Below are positions 1-13,193 of a stretch of 64,000 nt of DNA, in pieces. A program made the translations under genes and the position numbers. Positions within the stretch are counted from its first letter, which is position 1, and each line of letters starts with the position of its first letter. The notes below the pieces were generated by a model. That model did no database searches and was not told where the DNA came from. It saw only the letters and a list, made by a program, of their open reading frames with translations. Source of the stretch: Kudoa neothunni (lineage: Eukaryota; Animalia; Cnidaria); NCBI GenBank assembly GCA_964304625.1, contig OZ199838.1:12715843-12779842 (forward strand). Direction: 5' to 3'.

Positions 1-2102
1 TTTACGATTATCAATAATAAATCAAAAGAATACCGAGTGCAAATATCGAGCACAAATTAATTACTTCTAACTTTTTGCCTAATTCCTATTCGACAACAGT
101 CGGATACACGTGTAATCTACATCGTTTTGCAATAAACACCTGAAAATAGCTGATTATTTGCTTATTTCACAAATTATCCGAAATTTATATTTTATACTAT
201 TTTTGTTAGCAACGGTATTAAATTTGTCTGCGTTTATTTATCACGTGAAAACCCGCTATAATGGAGCTTTTAAGTTTTAGAGGGGACGATGACATTTTCT
301 GTTTGATTAATGACCATGATATTTTTTTACGCCTTAATAGTAAGGGGCTATCTAAAATCTGCCCCAGAAAGATGTTTTAAGTGTTGGAATTATAAAACCT
401 TTACTTTAAAAAAGAGAAAAATAAATGTAAGAAGACCAATGGCCGATACTTCGTGTTACAATAGAAACAACATCGATTATTCCTTCACTTACAACTGTAA
501 AAAGTACCTATCTTCTGTGAAATAACGATTTAATGTATTTAAGGTGTAAAGCTAGTGTTTCCCCCTCGAACTGGTACCTTTTTCTCTATGGGTTCCGCTA
601 CCTCAACAACAAAATTAACGATAAAAAAAATATTTAAAATACTTTATTACTGGTCGATGGACAATATCATTATGTCGACCGGCAAAATGATAAATACTTC
701 CAAACCTACCACTTCTTCATGATTTCACAAGATTAGAAAAATTTGATGGAGAAGATTACGTCATCAAAATTGACGAGACTCTTTTTCACGGCAAGAGGAA
801 GCATAATCGGGGGTGATGAATGGAGAGCCTATATTAACCTGAATTCACTTAGTTACAGGCATATAAAAAATCAATCACTCAACTGAATATGTCAGAGACG
901 GTGCCCATACAAACACCATAGAAGCTTGTTAGGGGAGACTTAAAACAAAGTTTCTCCGAATTAAACGGGGTGTTTCATTCCATAATTCGCTCAAATATTT
1001 GTGCGAAGAATGGTTTCGATCAATTATGGGAGAAAAATTTTAACTTTTAAATAATATACTAACAAAAAATTATGTTACTGTACTAATGTAGTTATTAATA
1101 AGTCTATCACATTTTATATAAATGCGTTTTTATTTATTGTATTTAAAGTAATAAATGTCAGAGGACGTATAATTAGAAATTTTATATTAGAAGTTAGATA
1201 TGTAAAATAATAAATTTTTTGTGTTAAATTTTTCGAGTAAAAATAAATCAGGTTAATTGTAATTTATTTTAAACGAATACATTTGATAGTTCCATTCACT
1301 GGAATATTAAAATTGGGAGAAAATATATTAATATTAGTAAGAAAAATTTTAACGTATGGATTTTCATACAACTGGTCATAAATTCAATATATTGCATAAC
1401 ATAGTAGTTGTTGCAAAGAATAACGTTGACATAAAAAATAAACTAAAATTATAAATTATTTATTTTCAAAGCTAAATTATATTTTTAAAAAAAGAAAAAA
1501 ACATTTTGTTAAAATAAATATTTTTTGTCAACATAAGATAAATTAGTGATGTAAATTAGTTGAATACTTTAGGTCGTATTAAATAAAGAAATAAAAAATG
1601 CACGATTTATTATTTGTAAAATTTAATATTTTTTATTAATGTCTTTCTTCAATTTTGTAGCCAAGAATATCAATGTAAAAATAAAAATTTATAAACTAAA
1701 ATCAACAATTATAGATGTGACTAAATGTTTTAAAAGTTAAATTGACATTTAGAAATAAAGATAGATGACACATTATTTCTTAATATTAGATAAGCTTATT
1801 TAGAAGGTTTACTAGGTTAAATTTGGTATTTAAAGCTTAAGAAAATTTAAATAATGGTTAAAATGTATTAATCAGGATAAAATATGCAGGTAATAAGCTA
1901 TTTTCCGGTGTTTATTTCAAAACGATGTAGATTACACGTGTATCCGACTGTTGTCGAATAGGAATTAGGCAAAAAGTTAGAAGTAATTAATTTGTGCTCA
2001 ATATTTACACTTGGTATTCTTTTGATTTATTATTGATAATCGTAAAAGAAAAAACGTGCGCAAGATGGTGTTTTTTCTAGAGTCACATACTTTACCATTA
2101 CC
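1..2102 (+). mobile_element. Merlin (IS1595/ISXO2-like) DNA transposon, internally deleted; left end lies just outside the window
   Basis: Bases 1-~160 are the reverse complement of ~1885-2045 (long TIR). The right end reads CCATTACC at 2095-2102. Transposase remnants at ~560-1040: RTGTFF, VIKIDETLFHGKRKHNRG, DEWRAY, NHSTEYVRDGAHTNTIE, YLCEEWFR. Confidence 0.85.
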
Positions 2103-2859
2103 CTGATAGGTCTCTGTTATTCATTGTAAACAAACTTTTTCTAAATAAAGTGGAAATTACACGTGAATCCGAACATGCTCGGCTTAGGATTTTAAAGTTA
2201 TTATTTGATCTGGATTTTAGTTATTTAATGTTGTTTTTTTATGATATAAAAAAATATGACAAAATTTTGAAAGAGGAATCAATGATTAGTACAAATTTTA
2301 GGAAACGACTTTTTTCCGATAGTATAACGGTGCCGCACTAAGTTCGTATATAGTTACTGTAGTTAGTCTTAAATTGTATTTTAATTAACTTACCTTAAAT
2401 AAATAGACGCATGAACCTTATTTAATATTTTTACAAATGAATAAACACTATTGAGGGTTTAAAATTTCCTCTTCAGAGCTCCTAAAAATCGATTTTCTCC
2501 TTGTTGTTCACAGTAATCTCTAAACCATACCATATGAAAATAATAGTTTTGGTAAACATCAACAACTGAATTTCATATTAATGCTTGGCTACATAGCCTA
2601 ATATTACTTTCCTTATTTGAACTAATTCAATTACCAAATTACTTTTTAATAATTTTGAAGTAAAATAAACACTATGGTACGTTTAAAATTAACTTGTTAA
2701 AACTTTAACGAATTGATCTATATGTTTGCATAAATCCACAAATCATACCACGTGAAAATGTTTTTTAGTCATTATGTAGGATGAAAATCTTTAATAATTT
2801 TTTACGTATTTGTCAGTGTTAAAATAAAATTTTATCTTTCCATATGTGTGCTCAAATGG

Positions 2860-4468
2860 AGCAATATGTCTCTCTATAAAGAATGAAAAATGCGTACACA
2901 TGCTGACAGACGTAAAAACTTTATATAGATACTAGCTTAAAAGTCTCTCATCTCGTTGGCTTCCTTTCCCGGCAACGCAGACTAAAGCCTTGAGTAGGCC
3001 AAGGCTATTTTATGCTAAAAGTCAATTATAATTATTTTATCGTTCTTGCAACTCATGTGGCGAATTAATCACTTTAACTAATCCGTCAATGAACTAACCT
3101 AAAAATTTTTTAACAATGTTGCATTTCATTATAACGTGCTAAAATCATTTTATGTTTATTTAAAAAAAAATTTTAAACTTTTTATCTTTAATTAAACGTG
3201 AAAAGTAATTAATTTATTCGCGTGTATTAATCTCACATCAAAACAACAATCTTCGTTTAAGACGCGTTCACCGCCTACGCATCGACCTACGTTGTAGAAC
3301 TTGTTAACTTTGTTTAAAGTGTAAAAAAGATTGAAGTTACAATTGTGGTTAAATAATTTAAATAAAAGTTATCCACGCTAATCTGTTTACTAAAGTTGAC
3401 ACTATCGATTCACCATCTTCAAAGAAAGCAGTCAATCCCGTTATATTTTTGTAGTTAATTTTGTATTTTTAAAGTGCAAAAATAATCTCAATTACTAAAG
3501 AGAGTCTCTGTATGAGTAGAAGATTTGTGCGTACACACACGGACACTACTACTTTATATACAGTAGCGCAGGGTTATTATGTAACACTGTTATTGCGCAC
3601 TTTTGGAAATAGTGTCAAAAATTCAAAATATACGAATTAACTATATATATAAATCGTGAGATAAGAGTAAAATATATTGATAAATCTAATTATAGAAATA
3701 AGAAATAATTTTTTCGTTGGGAAAAATAGGAGTGCATGCTTATTGCGCACCTGAAGCCTGCTGTTTGATTAGATTGGCGTGGTTAGTACGCAGTAGGAAA
3801 ATAGAAAAAATTATCGCTGACTTGTGGAAAACGTGTAGATTATTAAATAATTGGAAAAATTAGGAACTAAGAGTGTCTCTAAAGCGAGCATCGTTGGGCG
3901 CTCCGGCCTTAAATTAGTTACCGCGTTGAATACGATTGTGTCAATAAAATCAAATTATTCAATATAAGAATGAATAAATGGATCGAACTTTAGATAACGA
4001 GAAATATAAAGCTGTCCAGAGAGTACAATATAACAGGAAAAATAAATTAGCCAATGGCATAAATGACGAAACGAAAGACAACAATCCTATAACTGTCGGT
4101 CGAGGATAGTTCCATTAGTTTGCTTCGAGAGTTATTCTAAAAATGAATAAATTTAATAGAAAACCTAAAAGAAATAAAGAAACTATTCAAGATCCATCGC
4201 ACCGAAATGTTGGAACATATTACAAAGTTAAATTTTTCCTTTTGTGAAATAAAATAAACTTCGTTTAAAACAAGTGGAATAACAAATTTCTTGTTGAAAA
4301 AATAATTCTGTCTTAAATTATCTTATTTATTTTCAAAATATTCTGTGAACAATAAAAATATTATTACGATAATTTTTCACATCTCTCTAATAAAGTTATT
4401 ATCAATGCAACGAGAGAGTAAATAAAAAAACAGAAAAATGGTCGGCACCCAACAACTGTATATAGATT
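2860..4468 (-). repeat. Helitron-like 5' ends (two copies), one apparently split by a TA-flanked CAGT...ACTG insertion at 3561-4458
   Basis: Reverse complements of 2860-2930 and 3500-3560 share TATATAAAG...GTGTACGCA...AGAGA with the Helitron-like start at 54348. Removing 3561-4458 restores ATCTATATATATAAAG. The TIRs of the insert match only weakly. Confidence 0.4.
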
Positions 4469-6289
4469 TTAAGAGATTCGTTCGAGAGGCGGGCTAATTC
4501 TTCACTGCATATCAGTTTTTATTACATGCTCAGCGTGTAAATGTAAAAATTAGCGATACATAAGGGCGGGAGCTATTGACACCTTGTGTTTTAATCCTAA
4601 ATGGCATAGGCTATTCTTACGGTAAAGAATATCTCCTAGGATAGCTAAGATTTTATAAAAACCGATTTCATTAATGTGAAAAGATATTTTTTATTTCCTC
4701 GAAAATAAAATTTCACAAAGATATCTTTTTATCAAAATTCACTGGTGAGCTTGAGCGTTATATCGTAGTTGGTTCTTTAAATTTGCCTATATATAAACCT
4801 ATTTGTCAAAATAATACTTAGTGGAGCTTTTATTTTGGGGGGAAAATGCTTTATTCATACCCTACGTGTTTGTTGAATTTGAGTTTCACACGATTTCGAT
4901 TGTGCTTACATAGCAAATACGATGCTCTGGATAGTTGATTAAATAAAAGGAAACGTTATGAATTTGGTTAACTTTGTTTAAAATTATATTTCTTTCGCAA
5001 AATGTGTTGGAATATGTATATAGCTACTGCATCTCATAGATCATCCAATGACAAATATGTGTTTAATATTTTACGAGGTTATTTATAAATTAATTTATAT
5101 ATGAATAATAACAAATATATTTTTAATTGCTTGGACATAATCTCATTTGTTTTTTTGGAAGTTCATTAATGTTTGTTCTATGACCTACCACCTAATACAT
5201 CGAATTTTGATGGAAAATTTAAACCAAAGGATGATAGATAACTTTGTTAAATATCCAAATAGGCATGATTTTACAATTTCTAATATTTGACACTCGCGAA
5301 TTCTTTTGGCAGGGGTTGTATTTGGGAATTTAAGATGATCAGGTTAATTCCAATTTATTTTGCTTACACATAATAATATACTCTTAAATATTATTTAAAA
5401 ATCTATTATCTGGTTTAAAAAATTCTTATCATTAATTAATGAATTTTTAAATTTAAAATATTTGAGTAGCAATCTCACCTCATGAGAAACCATACACAAA
5501 ATTCTCTGTTATTTTCGTTAGCCTCGCACTTCACTAAAATATTTATTAATGTCAAAATTTTTGTAGATGAATGGATTATTACTATTAAATTGAGATTCCC
5601 TTTCCTTCCCATGACTATTTATGACAATTGGTAATAGGAGAATGCCCACCTCCAGAAATTCGTCCTTTTGCACGTGTGCAAACCTTCCGGTTTTATAATA
5701 AATCGCCTGTTTACATTTTTTAAATACGGAGTGATCATAAATATCTTTAAAAATATCAGTATAAAAAAATCAACAAAAATGCAGCTTCGGCTGTTATCGT
5801 AGCGCGCGCACAACTTAGCGCGTTCTTTATTTGTTCTGTATTTCCTTAAGTTTTCGCATATATATAACGTGAGACTATTAATATGTTCAATTTAATTACA
5901 TTTTGTAATAACATTAGGATTATCAATAGATCTCTATTTTAGCTCCACATTTTGGGTGTTTGATACAGTTATTGTGATTTTAATTATTAATTTGGAAAAT
6001 TTTGATCAGAGATGAATTAGCGAGTTATACTTAAATGCTGCTGAAACACGCCACTGACTGAAGCTTAGTAATGGTAGAATTTAAGTTACAGCGCCAATTT
6101 TACAAGCTGCTCCTAGACCAAGAAATCTTGCTAAACTTCTTAATCAAGAAAGGTCTATCACAGGAAATGCTGAAACAGGTTCAAAAATTGTCGTAGGTAT
6201 AACACCAATAAATTAAAGATTGAACAAAGGTTAAAAAACAATTCTACAGACCTAGAATTTATTTGTGAGTCAAAAATTCACTCATATTT

Positions 6290-7190
6290 GTTCAATGTGA
6301 TTTAATGTTTCTGAAATTAATATGAATATACTTGTATACGTGATTGTAAGACATGCATCTCATAAAGAGCCTCAACTTTCTTTGGAATTATGAATAAATT
6401 TCAACATAATTCTTCCAAGTTATCGGTCTCCGATATTTTTGAACTGGTTTATTTGTGAGCTATGGAAGAGCTTAGGCGACAGGCGATTATTTTAGATGGA
6501 ACAGGAAAAACCATTACATATTGGTACCCACCTTTAAGAAAAATTTGTTGGGGAAGTTTTCAGCGGCGTGAAAGGTTCGAAGGAAAAAGAATTACTGAAA
6601 TAGACAAATGCCTTTTGTCGGTAAAACGGAAAAATAATCGTGGTAGGTACTTGGGAGCAGATGTCTAGAGAAACGCTCCTAATGAAACGTATTCCCCATC
6701 ATCATCATCATCTGATGATGATGACACGGATGACGAAAGATATGGGAATAGAATAGAAGGTCCGTGGGTAGTTGAGATTTGTGAATGTTCCGTTGACGAT
6801 GAAGGTAAACGTAAATTGCTGGAGTCGAGCTTTTTCATTGTGGATCGAAGGAATAAATGTATCCTTATACCCCCTAATTCCTCAAGAGGAATCGCATAGC
6901 TCCACAATATACACAGATGGATGGAATAGGAACAAACGATTAAGAATTTAAGGGTATAATCATATAACTATGAACCACTCAAAAGAATACGTTACAGCTG
7001 GGCGGGGGATCATACAAACACTGTTAGGGTTGTATGGCACCAATTAAAAACAAAGCTTTTGCGAAGGATGGGATGGGGATGGGGTGAGTGGTATGCCGGA
7101 AGATATGCTTTATTTTTTACCTAGCTCAGGAGTGGTTACGATCGAAACATGAAAACTCATTGAAGTTTTTCGATTTTTATTTTGAAATAA
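6290..7190 (+). pseudogene. Merlin/ISXO2 transposase remnant
   Basis: EIDKCLLSVKRKNNRGR, YGNRIEGPWV, HTDGW, NHSKEYV, HTNTV..W, YLAQEWLRS, with stops and frameshifts. Confidence 0.85.
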
Positions 7191-7232
7191 ATAACAAGAA
7201 TATATTTTACTACCAGTAATACAGTCGGTGAC

Positions 7233-7330
7233 TGTAATATGTATTTTGCGCTAATGAAAAACCCCTTTTATCAAAGCACAAATAATCCGATCATCAACCG
7301 GCTGCTGCCGGGTTAAGTTGGTACGCTACA
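7233..7330 (-). repeat. 3' LTR (98 bp)
   Basis: TGTAATATG...GTACGCTACA, direct repeat of 11323-11419; adjacent to the PPT. Confidence 0.97.
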
Positions 7331-10300
7331 TTCCTCCCCTCCATAAGTTTGAAAACCATCATATTTTGACGGTAATAATATTGCTCTACCACTTGAGGTT
7401 ATTGTAGTTGGATTCTTTATTGGATGGTTTGAATAGCCGGAGGATTTAGGGAGGTGGCATAATCTTATTAAATGGTTTCGAGGTTCTAATAGTATCATTG
7501 AAGTGTACGTTTAGCAATTTATCATCAGAATCTTGAACAGTGTATACCAATCCATTTCTTTTGATAATTCTGTAAGGTCCTTCATATTTCGGTGATAATG
7601 ATGTTACTTTTCTTTTTTTGATTAAAACATAATCTCCAATCGGGTGTGACTTTAGGCGGCAGTTCCGATTGTAATATTTGCACTGTCTCAGTTGTGATTG
7701 CTTAATGTTTGATAAGGCTGATTTTGATAATACTCTTAATCTTTTCTCTAACTCTTTAGCATAAGTATGAATATCGGAATTCGATGTTTTCTCTGAAACA
7801 AAAACATTTTGGCTTGGGGGTTCGTAACTCTCTACCGTAAATTAATGAAGCTGGCGTGTAACCAGTAGTCGATGAGATAGTTGTTCTGATGGCAAAAAGA
7901 GCATAATCAAGGATTTCATCCCAGTCTCTCGTGCCTTGTTCATAAAGAATAGATTTGAGTTTTGTTTTCAAATTGCGAACTTGTCTTTCTGCCAATCCAT
8001 TCCCTTCAGGATGATAAGCTGTTGAATGGCTGTGGTTTATTTGTAGTGATTTGCACACATCATTAAATAAGCGAGATTCAAATTGACTACCTTGATCAGT
8101 ATGGATGCGTTGAGGAACTCCATGGCGCGATACAATTAGGCTCACTAAAGCATCCGCCGTTGATTTGGCGTCGATAACTTGAAGTGGGCAAGCTTCAACC
8201 CATTTACTGAATTGATCAACAAATAGAAGAATATATCTATTTCCCAACTTAGTTCGCTCCAGAGGACCAATGAAGTCGGCATGCCACATGAAAGCTTGGG
8301 ATTGTAACAGGTATCGGCATTAAGGGCGCTTTAGGCTTAGAGTTTTCCCCTTTGATTTTGTACGCAAGTTTCACATTTAGACACAAAGTTAGCAACATCA
8401 ACGTCCATATTGGTCCAATAACAAGTTTTTCGAATTTTGTTAAGTGTTTTATTCACACCGCAATGTGCCGTTTCCTGGTGGATACAGTTGATCATATGAG
8501 TTTGAAGTTTCTTAGGGGACTATTGGAAGGTTACCGTTTCTAGATTGATGATAAAGGATTCCATTTTCAATATTGAGATTTCGTTTTTCTTTGCCAGAGT
8601 TGCCACGCAGATTTGCTTTTCAATTTCCTGACGTTTCCACTTTCTATAGCTTCTTTAACTTGGACAATCATGGGATCGGTTTTTTGTTCAGACATCAATG
8701 TACTAATATCAATATTGGGTGTTATCATAGCAATACTTCGAGAGAGAGCATCGGCGCATTGGTTGTTTTTCCCTTGAATATATTTAATTTCAAAATCGAA
8801 CTCCTCCAATTCCAAAATCCATCGAGCTCTGCGACCACGCGGATCTTTAGAATTTTTTAGATATACAAGTGGGTTGTGGTCTGTATAGATAATAAAACGG
8901 CAACCGAGTAAATAAGGTCTGAACTTTCTTATTGCATGGATGATCGCCAATGCTTCCTTTGTCTATAGTTGAATACTTTTGTTCGGTTTTTGTTTAATTT
9001 GTGACTAGTATAAGCAACAATGCATCTTTTTGTTTCTTGAAACAGGACGGCCCCTGTGGCCACGTTGGAAGCATCAGTTTCAATTGAGAAGGTTTTTTGA
9101 AAGGTCTGGAAAACACAGTTCAGGAGATTGTTTAACTAGCTCTTTGATCTTCAAGAAGTGGTTTTGGCATTGATCATTCCAACAGAAAGGATGCGATCGT
9201 TTCTAGCAATTGTGTCAGAGGAGCGGAAACGTCAGCCAAATTTTCAAGATGTTTATGTAAAAAGTTTACTGTGCCCAAAAAACTTCTGAGATCGTCCCCT
9301 GTTAGATGGAGTTTTCCACTTCAAGATAGAGTCGATTTTCTCTGGATCGCATTTGATGCCATTTTTCGAAATAATAAAGCCAAGATACTTAAGTTCATTT
9401 TGGTAAAACTTACTCTTCGAAAGATTAACACGAAGATTCTCTCGAAGCAATATCCTCAGGACTGTTTTAACATGCTTGGTATGATCGGTTACATTTCGAG
9501 AGAAAAATTATTATATCATCTAGATACGCCATGGCATTAGGAACATTTTTCAGTATAAGCATCCATTCCTCGTTGGAATGTTGCCGGAGCATTCGACAAG
9601 CCAAATGGCATCTTGATAAATTCAAAAAGACCAAGACCATTCCCAGGAGAAAACGCGGTTTTTGGGAATATCTTCTTCCGCGACGGGTATCTGCCAATAT
9701 CCACACTGAAGGTCAAGTGTGGTGAAGATAGTTGATCCAGAGAGGCACGTCTAATGTATCATTCAGTCTGGGGGAGTGGATATTCATCTCGCTGAGTAAT
9801 ATTGTTGAGTTTGCGATAATCCACGCACATCCCTAGTCTTACCATCTTTTTTTGGAACCAAAACTACAGAAGAGCACCAGGGGACTACTTGATGGGCGGA
9901 TTATATTATTGCGGAGGGCATCCTCTACCTGCTTGGTGATTTCATCTTTATAATGTAAAGGCAGTCTGTATGGCTTGGTTACGACTGGTTTTGAATAGCC
10001 AGTATCGATGGTATGGTAAATGGATTTTGCAGTAAGTAGATCATTGACACTTGTTGCGAATACAGTTTTTGAATTCATCTAATACATCATTTGCCAACTT
10101 ATTCAGACTGGTATTAGCATTGTTATCCGAAAAATTCACATTAGCAGTTATTGCATCGGTCGTAGCACCATCATGGAATACATTTGCACCAGTAGACTTA
10201 AGAAAATCTCGACCAATAATAGCATCATAAACCAGGGTTGGTGGTAACAAGGGCATCAAAGGGCGAAAATTTATTATCCCATTGTACATTTACGGGTACT

Positions 10301-11300
10301 AAAGATATGACTTTTATAGGAGACCCCAGAGGCCGTATACAAGTTCAAATGTGTTGGTTGATAGGGGCAATTTTTTGGTATAATTGAAGACTTTATAATT
10401 GTATACGCAGAACCGGGTGTCAATGATGGCTTTGAAAGTTTTAGAAGAATACAGGAAATGAAATTAAAGTAGTCCAAGGTTGCGTTGGAACATCCGGGCT
10501 CTGTGTTGTAAGGCAAGTAAGATCTAGTGTTGTCGGGGGAACCGTTTTTGACCTCCAGTTTCCCCCTCTTAAGTTTCCCAAATAGCTTCGGCATATTCTT
10601 CTAAGGTGACCCTGTTTTCCACAGTATGAACAGATTGCGTCGCGTCTACAAACCGATGTTTTGTGATTGAAGCTTCCACATTGTGAACATTCGTTCGTTT
10701 GAGTTCTATGGGCTTTGTTATCATTCTTATATCGCATATTTTTGATGAATTGCAGAGACATTAGAAGTTTCGGGTTCATTTCCAATACAGCAGACGTCAT
10801 TTCTCTTTTCTAACTTGGAGTACAACTCCACTTTTTCGATGATCTCTTCGAGACTCAACTTATTTTCAGCCTTCAAAACAAGTTTCAATGTATCATTTTG
10901 GAACACATTCGATGACTTTCGGTCTCAAAAGAAAGTTTATATCATCTTGACTCATGTTTGGTCTCGCTATTCTCATATATTCAAGAAGACGTTTGACATA
11001 TGAGTCGATGTTTTCGCCTGGTCTTATGGAGCTACAAAGCAATTTATTCCACGAATCCAGAGGGCATTGCTTGTTTTGAGCATAGGTAACAATGTTTCTA
11101 CGGAGTGCATTGAATTTACCCAATTCTGATACTCCTATCTCATTCGGAAGCAGAGAGATTCGATCCTCAGCAGGTATGGCTAGGGCAGCAAAAGCATAGA
11201 GCTGATCTTCATTCCATTGGTTAGCAACCGCCATTAGCTCGAGGGTTTTCAGCTGATCGCATATTGGTTTTGCAAAATCAAATTCAAATGTAAACTTCAT
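7313..11300 (-). CDS. Gypsy gag-pol polyprotein (many single-base frameshifts in this assembly)
   Basis: Two CCHC knuckles (CSQCGSFNHKTSVC, CSYCGKQGHLRRIC). Protease AIIDT(+C)GSA. RT PYRLP, YLDD. RNase H IETDAS, YTDHNPL, ADALSR. Integrase HADFIGP, TDQGSQF, YHPEGNGLAER and a GPY motif. Confidence 0.93.
7331..7342 (-). promoter_or_regulatory. Polypurine tract (GGAGGGGAGGAA)
   Basis: Purine run immediately 5' of the 3' LTR on the minus strand. Confidence 0.9.
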
Positions 11301-11306
11301 GTTAAA

Positions 11307-11321
11307 CACGTTCGGGCACCA
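11307..11321 (-). promoter_or_regulatory. Primer-binding site TGGTGCCCGAACGTG (tRNA-Lys-like)
   Basis: TGG starts 1 nt after the 5' LTR. It resembles known tRNA-Lys PBS sequences (TGGCGCCCGAAC / TGGCGCCCAACGTG). Confidence 0.75.
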
Positions 11322-11322
11322 A

Positions 11323-11419
11323 TGTAATATGTATTTTGCGCTAATAAAAACCCCTTTTATCAAAGCACAAATAATCCGATCATCAACCGGCTGCTGCCGG
11401 TTAAGTTGGTACGCCTACA
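11323..11419 (-). repeat. 5' LTR (97 bp)
   Basis: Direct repeat of 7233-7330, differing only by three 1-bp indels. Confidence 0.97.
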
Positions 11420-13110
11420 GTGACCACCAACTCGTGATCCCCTCGGGGGCAGGGGAAAATTGCGAATTACACGTCAGTGACGTCTAATTCGCAATAGCTT
11501 TTGTGTGCGCGCGTGATAAAAATATAATGGAAATAATATTATTAAGAACTTTTGGGTTTCATCTGATGTATGTAAAACAATGTATTGGAAACAAAAATAA
11601 TCATGTTTTGGAATCACTTACGAGGCGTTAATTGATAAAACTGGCGCGGTTTCATCGACATTATGTATTTGATACTCCTTATAATTTTTCAAGAATTTAA
11701 AGAAGTTGAGTGTTCTAATCTGTAATGATTCCAATGGTTACCGTGCCAGTTTCGACATGGAAACTGATTTTTTTAAGTTGAACCTATTTTTAAAGCCACG
11801 ATACTATCCATAGCTAATATTTTTGAAATCATTTTCAGAAGAATCAATCTCATTTCTTTTGTTAGTTATTTCGATGGACGATAATTCGATTCTTTTCGAC
11901 CTCATCCTAACAAACCACCCATACACACGTTGATCAGCGTCTTCATCTTTTCCTTTCTGCTTTTCTCTTTGTTTAGCTAGAAACAATTGACTTTCAAATG
12001 CCTGTTTAATTTTAGGCCTTTTATCTAAAATGCCATTTAAAGTTGAAATATAACCGATTTTGAAGTGTTGAGTAGTTTCCGCCGTTCTATTTAAGGGCGA
12101 TAAACTATCATAATATGTAATCATATCATTTTTCGTTTGAAGCATTATGGATTCGTGAATTCTTTTTTTGGGCATTTAGAAATAATTACGAATTATCGGC
12201 CCCTACGAATTAACAGTCACCAATGTAATAATAATAGAAATAATGAAAATTAGTTTATTCAATTTTATTGGTATGACTCTTCTTCAATTTGCAGACACAT
12301 TTAATATCTTTGTATATAAGTATAATTTAAAATTTTCTGTATTGTATCCTTAAGGTGTGTACATTTAAAAGTTATGCAGAACATAGTTTTCACTACATAA
12401 GATTATTATCAATATTATAAGAGTTAATCATTTGGTTGATAGAACAGAAGCTCCGTCAAATGAATACACTAATACGTTATAAAGCAATATATATGTATAT
12501 TTTTTGTGTCGATAATTTTTTATACTTGCTGGTTGGTTTTGGTGACAAAATAATAAAAAATAAATAAAATGCTTTATTTTCAATATGTTTACATTTGTCT
12601 GGAACTAGAGGTCATTATGTAACCTCATTATACAAAAGGCGATTTTTATAATTATAAATATATCCGTTCAATTATTGTAATTTCCTTGTACAATTAAATA
12701 TTAAATAAATTATAAGTTTCTAATGTATTATAAATATGGGAAATATTATGATAATCACAGTAATATCATAATTTCTCGTACCATTAAAAAAATAAACTAC
12801 TAAGAAAATTATATAAACTAAAGTTCGTCGGTTTTGACATTTCTAATCAGCGAAAATTTTAATATTTAGAATTTTTTCTGGGTAAAAGTTAATTTAAATT
12901 AAAACAAATTATCTAAATCTATAACTATTGAGTCAAATATGGTTTTTACACTTAAATGCTATAATATGACTAAGTTGGAGATAATGATAGCCACAAAATT
13001 GTATAGATGTGGAAATTTAGAGAAATACAACATAAAAAAAAACACTCAAAGTTGTGCGCACGCTACGATAATGACCGAAGCTGCATTTTTTTGATTTTTT
13101 AAACTGATAT

Positions 13111-13193
13111 TGTAATAATCTCTATATTATTGCTGGCGTTAGTCGCGACACGTTGTTATTTTGTGCTCATCGTCTTCTTGTGCGCTCGTTACA
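13111..13193. mobile_element. Solo LTR (83 bp) of a second short-LTR family
   Basis: TGTAA...TTACA ends, perfect 5-bp TSD GATAT (13106-13110 / 13194-13198). It is absent from the matching left Merlin TIR, so it is an insertion. Confidence 0.85.

Larger units (their letters stand above)
7233..11419 (-). mobile_element. Full-length Ty3/Gypsy LTR retrotransposon (4187 bp) with ultra-short LTRs
   Basis: Two TG...CA LTRs, perfect 5-bp TSD GTGAC (7228-7232 / 11420-11424), PBS, PPT, and gag-PR-RT-RH-IN order. Confidence 0.97.
7222..12225 (-). mobile_element. pogo/Tigger-like transposon remnant (CENP-B HTH + first DDE Asp), interrupted by the Gypsy element inside its left TIR
   Basis: TA|CAGTCGGTGAC at 7220-7232 continues after the Gypsy as CACCAACTCGTGATCCCC. 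A degenerate inverted copy (ACGAATTAACAGTCACCAATG|TA) lies at ~12205-12227. ORF 11804-12175 is CENP-B-like (VYGWFVRMRSKR), followed by GFKNRFNL and HNVDETA..FYQLTP. Confidence 0.75.

Noticed and set aside
8352-9725. Plus-strand ORFs in the supplied track over pol (and similar antisense ORFs over other genes)
   Set aside because: Shadow ORFs antisense to real coding sequence with no independent motifs.
10555-10582. -1 ribosomal frameshift at G GGA AAC between gag and pol
   Set aside because: The gag frame seems to continue toward the protease, and nearby indel noise prevents assigning frames.
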